64,000 bases of DNA from assembly GCA_050734515.1 (NCBI GenBank), contig JBOHUM010000029.1, positions 8,513 through 72,512 on the forward strand, read 5' to 3'. This DNA is from Candidatus Dormibacteria bacterium. Its GTDB lineage: Bacteria > Chloroflexota > Dormibacteria > Aeolococcales > Bog-877. The notes beneath the pieces were generated by a model that did not search any database, was not told where the DNA came from, and saw nothing but the letters and a program-made list of their open reading frames with translations. Positions 35,577 through 45,005 of this stretch are shown piece by piece; the stretch's first letter is position 1; each line of letters starts with the position of its first letter. The position numbers and the translations under genes were made by a program.

Positions 35577-36601
35577 GGCGCCTGCTCCCGGCCGTGGCGG
35601 TGATGGCCCTGATGGCCGTCTTCGGTCTGGTTGTCTACTCGGTGATGGGCACGCTCAAGGCCAACCTCAACCACTCGGACAAGCCCACCCAGTCCCAGGC
35701 CCTGATCGACCTCCCGGGAACGGTCTACGTGGTCCAGGGCGGAGAGATCTACAGCCTGAGCAATCTCAAGTTCACCCACCTCCAGGCCCCGGGCTACGAC
35801 TGGGTCCAGGTGGAGGTGGCACCGGGCGGCGACCTGCTGGCGGTGGCGCTGAGCTCGGCCTACAGCGACGTCTACCTGCTCAGCCCCCAGGGCCAGGTGC
35901 TCCGGCAGCTGCTCCAGGAGAGTTCCAGCCAGTACTTCGGCAACCACTGGGCCTTCTATCCCCGGGTCAGCCCCAACGGCAGCACCCTCTTCTACGCCGC
36001 GGACTGGGCTGACCCGGGGTCGGCCTACAACGTCGACTTCCAGATCCAGTCGGTGCCCTTCGCCAACCCCGGGGTGCGACCCGAGGTCTGGAGCGAGGAC
36101 AACCTCTACTACCAGGGAGGTGACGTCGAGCCCATCCCGCTGGCGTCGGGGTCGATCATCTACGCCAAGTACGCGGTCGACCAGAACACCGGCGACACCT
36201 ACTCCCAGCTGGCCCTGGCCAGCGGCCCGGGGGCGACCCCGGTGTATCTGACCACCCCCCAGCAGGACTGTGCCGAACCTGCCCTCTCCCCCGACGGGAC
36301 TGAAGTGGCCATGGTCTGCACCAACAACGCCCTCCAGACCACCACCCTGGAGGTGGCGAGCTGGAACGGCAGCACCCTGGGCACGCCGGTCGCGCTCTGC
36401 AACGGCCCGGAGCCGGCCAGCCCCACCTGGTCGCCGGACGGCAAGAGCCTGCTCTACGTAAACACCCTGGCCACCAACAAGGCGGCCAAGTTTCAGCTCT
36501 GGTGGCTGCCCAAGGCCACCGCCCGCAAGCCCGGCCAGCCCCAGCTGGTGACCCAGAACCTCGACTTTACGGCCACCTCGCCGCCGGTCTGGAGCGCCTG
36601 A
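35573..36601 (+). CDS. membrane-anchored beta-propeller (TolB/PD40-like) protein
   Basis: A GTG start overlaps the LCP stop (GTGA). N-terminal TM helix. Repeated WSPDG / LSPDG motifs characteristic of PD40 blades. Confidence 0.6.
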   Translation: MRRLLPAVAVMALMAVFGLVVYSVMGTLKANLNHSDKPTQSQALIDLPGTVYVVQGGEIYSLSNLKFTHLQAPGYDWVQVEVAPGGDLLAVALSSAYSDVYLLSPQGQVLRQLLQESSSQYFGNHWAFYPRVSPNGSTLFYAADWADPGSAYNVDFQIQSVPFANPGVRPEVWSEDNLYYQGGDVEPIPLASGSIIYAKYAVDQNTGDTYSQLALASGPGATPVYLTTPQQDCAEPALSPDGTEVAMVCTNNALQTTTLEVASWNGSTLGTPVALCNGPEPASPTWSPDGKSLLYVNTLATNKAAKFQLWWLPKATARKPGQPQLVTQNLDFTATSPPVWSA

Positions 36602-36608
36602 CCGGCGG

Positions 36609-39248
36609 CTAGCGGGGTCGTCGGGGCCGGGACCCGCCCACCTGCGGCGGCAACCAGGGCTGGCGCAGCTCCTCCACCAGCAGCGCCGCCAGCGCCGTCC
36701 ACCCGGTCTGGTGAGCCGCCCCGTGGCCGGCGCCACTGTCGCCGTCGAAGTACTCGTAGAACAGCAGGTTGCGGTTCCACTCCGGGTCCTTCTGGAACTT
36801 GTCCAGGCCCTGGTAGAGGGGGCGGCGGCCGCCTCGGCCGCGCCGGAAGAGCGCCACCGTACGCGAGGCCAGCTGGTCGGCGATCTGGCTCAGGCCGATC
36901 GCCGGCCCACCGGGGGCGGGGAAGGGGTGGGTGAAGCCAGGGCCAAGGCCGGTACCGAGCAGGCGCAGTGCCTGGACTAGGACGTAGGTGGTGGGGAACC
37001 AGACCGGCCCGCGCCAGTTGGAGTTGCCACCCATCACCCGCTCCCGGCTCACCCCGGGCTCGTAGCGGACCGGGCGCATCCCGGGGACCAGACGGCATTT
37101 GAAAGGGTGCTGCAGATGGGCCTTGGAGAGGGAGCGGGGGCCGTGGCCGGAGAGGAACTCGGCGGGGTCGAGCAGCCGGTCCAGCAGCCGGTGGATCCGG
37201 TCCTCCCCCACCAGGCTGAGACAGGCGTAGGGGTCGCTGCTCCGGGCGCGCCGATAGTGCAGAGCGCCGGTCTCGGTGGCCGCGTCCAGCTGCTCCGCCA
37301 ACTTGGGCAGCCGCTGGAGAGTGTGGCGATGCACCACCTCACTCGCAGCCAGGGGCATCAGACCCACCAGGCTGCGCAGGCGCAGGCGTTCGGTCTGGCC
37401 GTCCCCGAGCCGCAACAGGTCGTAGTAAAAGCCATCGCGCTCATCCCAGAGCCCGGGGCGACCGGAGTTGCCGTTTAGGGCGGCGGCGATCTTGGTGAAG
37501 TGGCCGAAGAATCGCAGGGCCATGTTCTCGTACTGAGGCTCGCGAATGGCCAGCTCGGCGGCGATCCGGAACATCTTGATCACGAACAGGCCCATCCAGG
37601 CGGTGGCGTCGGCCTCGGCGATGCTCGCCCCCGCCGGCAGATGGCTGCGGTCCACGGCGGAGATGTTGTCCAGGCCCAGGAAGCCACCCGAGAAGATGTT
37701 CATCCCCTGGGGGTCGCGGCGGTTGACCCACCAGCCGTAATGGAAGAGCAGCGCCAGGAAGGCCTGCTCTAGGAAGGCGCGGTCGGGCACCCCGGTGCGG
37801 TTGCGGTCGCGAATGTAGAGCTGCCAGACGGCCAGGGCGTGGACCGGGGGGTTGGAGTCGGAGAAGGCCCACTCGTAGGCGGGCAGCTGGCCGTCCTCGC
37901 GCAGATAGTGGGGTTGCAGGAGGACCAGGAGCTGCTCCTTGGCGAAGGCCACGTCGAAGGGCTCCAGGGCCAGCGCGTGGAAGGCCAGATCCCAGCTGGC
38001 GAACCACGGATACTCCCAGCTGTCGGGCATCACGATCACGTCGGCGGCCCGCAGCTCAGACCAGTCGTGGTTGCGACCCTGCAGGCGCTGGGCCGGCGGC
38101 GCTGGCGAGGTGGGGTCGCCCGCCAGCCAGCGGGGGACGTCGTACTCGTAGTACTGCTGGCTCCAGATGAGTCCGGCCAAGGCCTGGCGCTGGATCAGGC
38201 GGTCGTCGGCGTCCCCGCCCGGGACCAGGGCCCGGGCGTAGTAGCGCTCGGCCTGGGCCAATCCTCGCTGGCAGATGGCGTCACACTGCTGGGCCCGGCG
38301 CCGGGGCTGGTCGCCCCACAGCAGCCGGACCACCCCCGACTCGCCGGGACCCAGCTCCAGTCGGTAGTGCAGAGCCACCTTGGTGCCGAGGAGGTCCCGG
38401 TTGCAGAGCTCGGGGCGCTCCTGCAGCACCGCGTCCCCGATCGCGTCCTTGGGGTAGGGACTGCGGTTCCGGCCACCGAAGAGGAGCTCGGAGTTGGTCT
38501 CATTGTCGCAGCAGAGCCACTGGAAGTCCCCTTCGGCCTGGAGCCGGTAGCCGGGGAGCTCCTCCACGCCGGCCAGGCGCAGCGTCCGGCCCCGAGCCCG
38601 CAGCGTCCCCAAGGGGGCCGAGCCTCGCTCCCATGCCCAGGTGTTGCGCAACCAGACCTGGGGAAGCAGATGCAGGCTGGCCCGTTCCGAGCTCTGGTTG
38701 GTGACGCGGACTCGCCACGCCACCACCGTGGGCTCGGCCTTGGCGTACTCGACCTCCACCGTCCAGTAGCGATCGCCGTCGAAGGCACCCAGCTGCAGGA
38801 GCCCGAGCTCGGGGCCGGAGCCGCGGTTGCGGCGCCGCAGCTGCTCGAAGGGGAAGGCCTCCATGGGGTAGCGGTAGAGCGCCCGCAGATAGCGGGCGCC
38901 GGGAAGCCCGTCCAGGTAGTGCCAGTACTCCTTGACGTCCTCGCCATGGCTGCCCTCGGCGTTGGAGAGGCCGAAGAAGCGCTCCTTGAGCACCGGGTCG
39001 CGGCCGTTCCACAGAGCCAGCCCCAGGCAGACGCGCTGGCCGCGGTCCGATATCCCGAGGATGCCGTCCTCGCCCCAGCGGTAGGCGCGACTCCGGGCCT
39101 GCTCGAAGGGGAGGTAGGCCCAGGCGTCGCCGTCGGCACTGTAGTCCTCCCGCACCGTGCCCCACTGTCGCAGCGAGAGGTAGGGGCCCCAGAGCCGCCA
39201 GCGGTCCTCGGGCCCTGCCGGCCCGCTCGGCCCGGACGCTGGCGCCAC
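36609..39248 (-). CDS. glycoside hydrolase family 63-like protein (processing alpha-glucosidase/MGH-type (alpha/alpha)6 barrel)
   Basis: 879 aa. N-terminal RWRLWGPYLSLRQWGTVREDYS, with a C-terminal (alpha/alpha)6 catalytic domain typical of GH63/GH37-like enzymes. Confidence 0.7.
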   Translation of the reverse strand: MAPASGPSGPAGPEDRWRLWGPYLSLRQWGTVREDYSADGDAWAYLPFEQARSRAYRWGEDGILGISDRGQRVCLGLALWNGRDPVLKERFFGLSNAEGSHGEDVKEYWHYLDGLPGARYLRALYRYPMEAFPFEQLRRRNRGSGPELGLLQLGAFDGDRYWTVEVEYAKAEPTVVAWRVRVTNQSSERASLHLLPQVWLRNTWAWERGSAPLGTLRARGRTLRLAGVEELPGYRLQAEGDFQWLCCDNETNSELLFGGRNRSPYPKDAIGDAVLQERPELCNRDLLGTKVALHYRLELGPGESGVVRLLWGDQPRRRAQQCDAICQRGLAQAERYYARALVPGGDADDRLIQRQALAGLIWSQQYYEYDVPRWLAGDPTSPAPPAQRLQGRNHDWSELRAADVIVMPDSWEYPWFASWDLAFHALALEPFDVAFAKEQLLVLLQPHYLREDGQLPAYEWAFSDSNPPVHALAVWQLYIRDRNRTGVPDRAFLEQAFLALLFHYGWWVNRRDPQGMNIFSGGFLGLDNISAVDRSHLPAGASIAEADATAWMGLFVIKMFRIAAELAIREPQYENMALRFFGHFTKIAAALNGNSGRPGLWDERDGFYYDLLRLGDGQTERLRLRSLVGLMPLAASEVVHRHTLQRLPKLAEQLDAATETGALHYRRARSSDPYACLSLVGEDRIHRLLDRLLDPAEFLSGHGPRSLSKAHLQHPFKCRLVPGMRPVRYEPGVSRERVMGGNSNWRGPVWFPTTYVLVQALRLLGTGLGPGFTHPFPAPGGPAIGLSQIADQLASRTVALFRRGRGGRRPLYQGLDKFQKDPEWNRNLLFYEYFDGDSGAGHGAAHQTGWTALAALLVEELRQPWLPPQVGGSRPRRPR

Positions 39249-39270
39249 CTCGGGATTGTCGCAGCCGGGG

Positions 39271-40836
39271 TCAGCCCGGGTCGGGCTGGTCGCCGCCGGA
39301 TACGGGCTTGCCCATCCCCCGGCGCCGGTGCCGGGGCGGAGTTCGGGCCGGGCCGGAGGCCCGGAGCGAGCCTGGCGCCCGCCCCAAGCTCACCGCGGTC
39401 GCCTCGTCCGACGCCGTGGAAGCGTCCGCAGCCGTGGCCGCGGGAGCCAGGGGAAGCTCCACGGTGAAGGTGGCGCCGCCGCCTTCGGTGGAGGCGAGGG
39501 TCACGGTGCCGGCATGGGCCGTGACGATGGCGCCGACGATGGCCAGGCCCAGGCCGGCGCCGCCGGTGGACCGGCCGCGCGCTTTGTCCACCCGATAAAA
39601 GCGCTCGAAGACCCGGGGGGCGGCGGCCTCGGGGATCCCCGGCCCGTGGTCGCGGACCTCCACCTTGCCGAAGCCCTCCCCGAGGTGGGTGGCGATCTCG
39701 ATCGCGGTCCCGGCCGGGGTATGGACCACGGCGTTGCCGACCAGGTTGCCGACCACCTGGCGCAGCCGGGCCTCGTCGCCCAGGACCAGGACTGGCTCGG
39801 CGGCGGAGACCGTGAACCGGTGGCGGCGGTCCGCCACCGACTGGTCGGCGGCGGAGTCCACCGCCAGCTGGGAGAGGTCCACCGGGCGCGACTCCAGCGC
39901 GCGGCCCTCATCGAGGCGGGCGAGCAGGAGCAGATCTTCCACCATCCTGCCCATTCGCGAGGCCTCGCTCTCGATCCGGGTCATGGTCTTCTCCAGATCC
40001 TGCGGGTTGGCCCGGGCGCCGCGCCTGAAGAGCTCGGCGTAGCCCCGAATCGAGCTGAGCGGGGTACGCAGCTCGTGCGAGGCGTCCGCCATGAACTGGC
40101 GCATCCGCGCCTCGGAGGCCGCCTGGACCCTAAAGGCGGTCTCGATCTGCCCCAACATCTCGTTGAGGCTGATCCCCAGCTGGCCGACCTCGGTGTGGGG
40201 ATCGGTCGAGGGCACCCGCTGGCTGAGGTCGCCGGCGGCGATGGCCTTGGCCGTGGCCCGGATCCGGGCCAGCGGCCTCAGGCCCAACTGCACGATCCAC
40301 CAGGCCAGGGCGGCCATCAGCAGCAGCACCCCTCCGGTGACCACCAGCTCCAGGAGGCGGAGCTGGCGCAGGGTCGAGTCAACCTGGGTGAGAGGGAAGG
40401 CCAGCACCAGGGTCACGCCGCTCAGGGGATCGGGAGGCGACTGGAGGACCCGGTACTCGCCCCCGCCCTTGGCCGGCACGGTGGTGTAGGTGGCCTGGGA
40501 CACCGGGTGGCTGGGGAACCCCCCGGGGAAGCGCGGCGGCGGCGGCTGCGGCTGGCCGATGTAGTAGAGCGGCTTGCCGTAGATCAGGTTGCCGTTGGCC
40601 CCGATCAGCTCCCCGTAGCTGCCGCCGGCCGGAAGCGGGAAGCCCCCCTGGGGGTTGAGGCCGTCGGCCTCCTGGGTGAGGTAGCGGTCCACGGCGTCGG
40701 CGGAGCTGGCGATCTGGGAGTTGATCTGCTGGCTGAGGCTGGACTGGATGGCCAGGTAGGTGATCGCGTCAATGGCCGAGAGCGCGATCGCCACCAGGGC
40801 CAGAAGCGCCAGCAGCAAGCGCAGGCGCAGCGACAC
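39271..40836 (-). CDS. two-component sensor histidine kinase (MtrB-like)
   Basis: Two TM helices flank a periplasmic loop. HAMP domain, H-box HELRTPLSSIRGY, and HATPase N/G boxes (GNLVGNAVVHTP; GGAGLGLAIV). Confidence 0.9.
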   Translation of the reverse strand: MSLRLRLLLALLALVAIALSAIDAITYLAIQSSLSQQINSQIASSADAVDRYLTQEADGLNPQGGFPLPAGGSYGELIGANGNLIYGKPLYYIGQPQPPPPRFPGGFPSHPVSQATYTTVPAKGGGEYRVLQSPPDPLSGVTLVLAFPLTQVDSTLRQLRLLELVVTGGVLLLMAALAWWIVQLGLRPLARIRATAKAIAAGDLSQRVPSTDPHTEVGQLGISLNEMLGQIETAFRVQAASEARMRQFMADASHELRTPLSSIRGYAELFRRGARANPQDLEKTMTRIESEASRMGRMVEDLLLLARLDEGRALESRPVDLSQLAVDSAADQSVADRRHRFTVSAAEPVLVLGDEARLRQVVGNLVGNAVVHTPAGTAIEIATHLGEGFGKVEVRDHGPGIPEAAAPRVFERFYRVDKARGRSTGGAGLGLAIVGAIVTAHAGTVTLASTEGGGATFTVELPLAPAATAADASTASDEATAVSLGRAPGSLRASGPARTPPRHRRRGMGKPVSGGDQPDPG

Positions 40837-40839
40837 GGC

Positions 40840-41550
40840 TCAGTTCCGAGGCAGCCGCAGCACGTAGCCCATGCCCCGCACCGTATGGATCAGCGGGGGA
40901 TCGCGGCGGTCCACCTTCTTACGCAGGTAGCTGACATACGTCTCCAGGATCCCGGCGTCGCCCCCAAAGTCGTACTTCCAGACATGGTCCAGGATCTGGG
41001 CCCGGCTCAGCACCCGGCGAGCGTTGATCAGCAGGTAGCGCAGCAGGCGATACTCGGTGGCGGTGAGTTCGATCAGCTCCCCACCCCGGCGCACCTCGCG
41101 CAGGTCCTCATCCATCTCCAGGTCGGCGAAGCCAAGGACGTTGTGGCTCTCCCCGGGATGTCCCGTCCGCCGCAGGATCACCCGAACTCGGGCGATCAGC
41201 TCGTCGAGGCTGAAGGGCTTGGTGACGTAGTCGTCCCCGCCCACGGTCAGACCCCGGACCTTGTCCTCGGTAGCGTCCCGGGCGGTGAGGAAGAGGATGG
41301 GCAGCTGCGAGCTTTGCTCGGAGAGACGGCGGGCGACCTCGAAGCCGTCAAAGTCGGGGAGCATCACGTCGAGGATCATCAGGTGGGGGGAGAAGCTGGC
41401 CACGCTCTCGAGCGCCCCCTTGCCGCTGGCGGCGGTGGCGGTGACGAAGCCGGCATAGCGCAGAGCGGTGGCCACCAGGTCGGCCAGGTTGCTCTCATCG
41501 TCCACCACCAGGACCCGGGTCCCGGCCGATTCGGTCACCATCGGCGCCAA
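40840..41550 (-). CDS. OmpR-family response regulator (MtrA-like)
   Basis: Receiver domain (VLVVDDE…D…LTARD, K in YVTKPF) plus a winged-helix OmpR C-terminal domain (LTATEYRLLRYL…GYVLR). Confidence 0.9.
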   Translation of the reverse strand: MAPMVTESAGTRVLVVDDESNLADLVATALRYAGFVTATAASGKGALESVASFSPHLMILDVMLPDFDGFEVARRLSEQSSQLPILFLTARDATEDKVRGLTVGGDDYVTKPFSLDELIARVRVILRRTGHPGESHNVLGFADLEMDEDLREVRRGGELIELTATEYRLLRYLLINARRVLSRAQILDHVWKYDFGGDAGILETYVSYLRKKVDRRDPPLIHTVRGMGYVLRLPRN

Positions 41551-41737
41551 GTCTGAGGCCCCAAGCTGGGAAGTCCCTGTGTCCTAGCTGGGACCGGACC
41601 CGGTCCGGCCCAAGGTCTGGGGAACTTCTCAGGGCGGTCTCAGCCCGCTCCCAGCCGCGGCTGTCAGGCTAGTGACGGCGGTCAGGAGCGCATCACCCCC
41701 CGGTGCCGCGAGCGACCGCCACCCCTCCGCCCTCCCC

Positions 41738-41772
41738 GCAGCGGCCCGGGCGAGCCCGGGCCGCTGTTTTTT
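41738..41772 (+). terminator. rho-independent terminator-like hairpin + T6
   Basis: GCAGCGGCCCGGG-CGAG-CCCGGGCCGCTG, a perfect 12/13-bp GC stem, followed by TTTTTT. There is no annotated upstream gene on this strand. Confidence 0.55.
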
Positions 41773-42089
41773 GCCCTTCTCCGCGCCGGGCTTCGAGTCT
41801 GCCCCGCACCGGCCGGCTGCGTCGCCGCGATCACGAAGCCGCGGTGGCCCAGGAGGCGCAGCGCCAGACACAGTTGCTCCGCCGGAACCAGCACCCAGTC
41901 GGGGTCCAAGCTCGAGATCGACCAACGCGGCTGCCAGGGGCTAGAGCATCGTGCTCGTAACCCAACCAGGGCATAGGCCAGAGGACCGCGCACCTCATAG
42001 CCGCGGCCAGGAGCGTGCCACCTGCCAGCGCGGCCCACCCGCGCTAAAGTGGTGGGCACCTCTGAGGGCGTGGACCACGTCTTCGACCT

Positions 42090-42161
42090 GGGGCCGTGGC
42101 GCAGCGGGAGCGCGCTTCCTTGGCATGGAAGAGGTCGCGGGTTCGATTCCCGCCGGCTCCA
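42090..42161 (+). tRNA. tRNA-Ala (anticodon GGC)
   Basis: Manual cloverleaf fold. Acceptor GGGGCCG/CGGCTCC with a G3:U70 pair (the Ala identity element). D-stem GCGC. Anticodon stem CTTCC/GGAAG, loop TTGGCAT. T-arm GCGGG-TTCGATT-CCCGC. Discriminator A. CCA is not encoded. Confidence 0.85.
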
Positions 42162-42234
42162 CTTGACGTGGTCCCATCCGAGTAGGCCCATACGGGGCCC
42201 GGGTCCCGCGTAAGCGGCTCGGGGTTGGTGCTAC

Positions 42235-42624
42235 TCAGCTTGCCCGGGGTTCGCTTCCGCTCCAGAGGACGACCCGCCAGCCCGAGTCCAACCGCAGGAA
42301 GACCGTGATCAAGCGATAGGGCGTTGGCCTCGCTTCCCCCGGTTCGGTGACCTCTCCTTCGGCCGCAAGCCAGGCGACGTCTTCGTAGAGACGCAGCCTC
42401 CGGTGGGGGAAGTCGAACCGATACCCCTCGGGTTTCGAGTACAGCCTGCCGACGAATGCGGTCACGTCCTGGATCCCGACGGCGGCCTCGCCGCTCTCCG
42501 AGCCCAACACGGACACCTCCCCATCCGCGGAGAAGCACGCCACGGTCCCGCCGAGGTCACGTGCTGCTATCGCTGCGAGGAGCGCGTCCAGGATCTCTTC
42601 GGGGCCATCATGGAACGCGCTCAT
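42235..42624 (-). CDS. SnoaL-like/NTF2-fold domain protein
   Basis: 129 aa. The pattern [27 protein letters not shown] is typical of SnoaL_2/DUF4440 proteins. Confidence 0.55.
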   Translation of the reverse strand: MSAFHDGPEEILDALLAAIAARDLGGTVACFSADGEVSVLGSESGEAAVGIQDVTAFVGRLYSKPEGYRFDFPHRRLRLYEDVAWLAAEGEVTEPGEARPTPYRLITVFLRLDSGWRVVLWSGSEPRAS

Positions 42625-43016
42625 GTGAGGACGGGTTGCACGTCGGTGTGGCCGAAGTCGTCTCCCTTGAACAACAACGGCTCTCCGGTGGCCCGCGCCA
42701 GTGCGTAGGCGAAGCAGTCGCCGAAGTTAAGCCCGGCGGGATGCCCGCTGCCCTTCCCGAAGTCGCGGTAGGCGCGACGTGCAATCTCGGCTTGCTGCTG
42801 CGTCACCGGCTCAACCTCGACGCTGGCTGTGGAAAGCAAGTCATCGAGGCGGCGGCTGAGCACGGGATCACGGTTCAGATCGATGACGAGGCCGACCTCG
42901 ATGTAGTTCCCGGCCGAGATCCTCGGTTCCGACGCCGTCGCGAGCGCATCTGCGTAGCGGTCCGCGTCCGGCTCGTTTCGCAGAATGGCTACGACCGCGG
43001 AGGTGTCGACGATCAA
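42621..43016 (-). CDS. vapC: type II toxin VapC (PIN-domain ribonuclease)
   Basis: A TTG at 43016 overlaps the vapB stop (TTGA). Product (M)[11 protein letters not shown]… carries the PIN acidic residues (D4; E in NYIEV; D in [10 protein letters not shown]). Confidence 0.8.
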   Translation of the reverse strand: MIVDTSAVVAILRNEPDADRYADALATASEPRISAGNYIEVGLVIDLNRDPVLSRRLDDLLSTASVEVEPVTQQQAEIARRAYRDFGKGSGHPAGLNFGDCFAYALARATGEPLLFKGDDFGHTDVQPVLT

Positions 43017-43276
43017 CGCGGCAACCCTAGCTCGTCGAAGAGGAGGGCGCCATGCTCGGCGCTCCGGTATGGCTTGACCCACCTCTTGGCCGCGTCCTGT
43101 CCGATCTTGCGGAGGCGGGCGGAGCGCTCGGCAACGTCGGTGCCGCGCTGGTCGTGCAATCGGTCGAGACGCTCACGCAGCGCGATCGTCACAGCGCGGG
43201 TCATGGTCTCACCCGTCGCGCCGGCGAGTGCCCGCGCCAGACGCTCTGCCTCCTGGTTCTTGATGTTGAGACTCAT
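43013..43276 (-). CDS. vapB: type II antitoxin VapB
   Basis: 87 aa. [37 protein letters not shown] is the Rv0623-like VapB family N-terminal DNA-binding region. Lies directly upstream of vapC. Confidence 0.75.
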   Translation of the reverse strand: MSLNIKNQEAERLARALAGATGETMTRAVTIALRERLDRLHDQRGTDVAERSARLRKIGQDAAKRWVKPYRSAEHGALLFDELGLPR

Positions 43277-43290
43277 GGTAGAAGTCTACC
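43277..43290 (-). promoter_or_regulatory. palindromic candidate VapB operator
   Basis: GGTAGAAGTCTACC (6-2-6 palindrome GGTAGA/TCTACC) abuts the vapB start codon. A half-site repeat GGTTTCTACC lies 20 bp further upstream. Confidence 0.45.
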
Positions 43291-43527
43291 ACTGCCAATG
43301 ACGGTTTCTACCCGTCGACTTTCCACCCATCTGCCGGAGGCACGGCAGGAGCGGGCCGTCGCCGACGACGAACCAGCGGGATCATGCTGCCTGCCACGCC
43401 CCTGGCGCTGGTTCGTATCCGCCGACATCACCCCCACCAACGCGGCGAATCCCCCGAGTGCGTCCCTTTTGAAGGGCCCTCTAAGGATCTGCCGGCGCGG
43501 GTCGGGTCGGCTCGCCTCGGCCGGCTG

Positions 43528-44253
43528 CTACGCGGGCGCTGACAACAGTTCGCGGAAGCCTGGGTCCTGGCTCAGCGGAGCCAGGTCCGGATCTCGCCCG
43601 GCGTTGGACATGAGATCGGCGTTCTCGGTCACCGCACGGCGAAGCGACTCGAGCGCTGCCGAGTTGAGCCTGGCCTGCGCCTGGGCGCAGGCCAGGCTGT
43701 AGCGCGCCATCCCCAGCGCCGGAGTCGGCGCGTCGAGGTACTCGGCCGCCGCAACCACCTGGGTGTGCAGGGCAACGGCTTGGTCGGGCCGGCCGTGCTC
43801 CACAAAGAAGCCGCCGACGTGCCCGAGGGGGTGCCAGAAACCCCGGACCACCACCTGGAGCCACAGGTGACGCCCTCGTAGCCAGGGGTGTCGGGACGGG
43901 TCGAGCAGGTCTGCATCGGCGACACCGGCAAGGCTGTCGACCAGCTCATCGGTGGCCCCCCGCTGCTCCACGTCCACGTCGCCGGGGGGCATCGAGGCCA
44001 GTTCCCGGTAGGTCTCGGGCGAGCGATGGTCCACCTCGACCGTCGCGGGCGCCTCGCGCCCCTCATTGATGGCACGCAGGCGAGCCACCTGTTCCAGCTT
44101 GAATCGGGAGTTGTGCTCGATGGTAGGAGGGGCCGCCCAGCAGGTCGCCGATCCCTCCCCATCGGCGTGGAGGAGCAGGAGCTGCTCCTCCACCAGCGCC
44201 GCCAGGCGCAACAAACCCACGACGCTCGCCCGCAGCGCGACGACGTAGGTCAT
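43528..44253 (-). CDS. hypothetical protein (possible DinB/ClbS-like helical bundle)
   Basis: 241-aa ORF. The latter half (PWLRGRHLWLQVVVRGFWHPLGHVGGFFVEHGRPDQAV) has a protein-like composition. No firm family assignment. Confidence 0.35.
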   Translation of the reverse strand: MTYVVALRASVVGLLRLAALVEEQLLLLHADGEGSATCWAAPPTIEHNSRFKLEQVARLRAINEGREAPATVEVDHRSPETYRELASMPPGDVDVEQRGATDELVDSLAGVADADLLDPSRHPWLRGRHLWLQVVVRGFWHPLGHVGGFFVEHGRPDQAVALHTQVVAAAEYLDAPTPALGMARYSLACAQAQARLNSAALESLRRAVTENADLMSNAGRDPDLAPLSQDPGFRELLSAPA

Positions 44254-44867
44254 CGCGCTGCTCGGCTCTTGGTGGCAGCGCGGGCTGCCGCCACTCGCCG
44301 GCCCCGGCCCCCCTTGACGGCGAGGAAGACCAAGTCATCGCCGACCTCGATCACGATCCTGGCGAAGCCCGCCATGCGGAGCCGGGTGAAGAAGGTCGCC
44401 GGTTCCACCGGGTTGTAGGTGTCGCCCTGATGGAAGGCGTGCAACCCGGCGCTCGCCAGACTGTCGGACCCGAGCAGCACCCCCCCAGGCCGGAGCACCC
44501 GGAACGTCTCCAGCAGGATGCGATCCTGCTGGGCCACAGTGGGCACGTGGTGGAGCATGGTGAAGCTGGCCACGGAGCTGAAGGACTCGTCCTGAAAAGG
44601 TATGGTGCTGGCGCTGCCGACCACCACCTCGACGTTGCCCTCCCGGTAGCGGCGCGCCAACCGGGCGGCGGCGGCTTTGTTGACCTCGAGCACGGTCAGG
44701 TGGTCAACCAACTGGCGGAGCTGCTCGGTCGCGGCGCCCGGCCCGGGGCCGATCTCGAGCATGGTGTCGCCGAGGTTGGCACGGGCGCTGAGCGGGGTGA
44801 TGAACCGCTCCTTGATGTGCGCGGCCCACCTGGCGCTCGAGCACAGGGTCGCGTGGCTCCTGTTCAC
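44250..44867 (-). CDS. class I SAM-dependent methyltransferase
   Basis: A GTG at 44867 gives a 205-aa product with motif I (MLEIGPGPGAAT), the motif post-I acidic residue (LTVLEVN) and motif II/III (VVVGSAS…RVLRPGGVLL). The upstream 118 codons of the track ORF are Arg/Gly-rich artefact. Confidence 0.72.
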   Translation of the reverse strand: MNRSHATLCSSARWAAHIKERFITPLSARANLGDTMLEIGPGPGAATEQLRQLVDHLTVLEVNKAAAARLARRYREGNVEVVVGSASTIPFQDESFSSVASFTMLHHVPTVAQQDRILLETFRVLRPGGVLLGSDSLASAGLHAFHQGDTYNPVEPATFFTRLRMAGFARIVIEVGDDLVFLAVKGGRGRRVAAARAATKSRAAR

Positions 44868-45005
44868 GCGGGGAAATGTACGCAGCCGGGACCAACCGGC
44901 CAAGGCGGTACGCCGCCAACTTTTGTCGCCATCCGGCCACCAGTCGCCGGCGGCACCTCCGCGGCGTCTGGCCGTACCGGCAGTCGCCGCTCGTAATCTG
45001 CCGCC

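Noticed and set aside
36493-41556. Numerous long alternate-frame ORFs across the GH63 gene, the histidine kinase and the response regulator (for example 37839-39467, 39256-41556, 38195-39139).
   Set aside because: Low-complexity Pro/Gly/Arg/Ala composition. The minus-strand genes carry clear catalytic motifs.
43052-43702. 216-aa plus-strand ORF antisense to vapB.
   Set aside because: No motifs and Arg/Ser/Ala-rich. It overlaps two well-supported minus-strand toxin-antitoxin genes.
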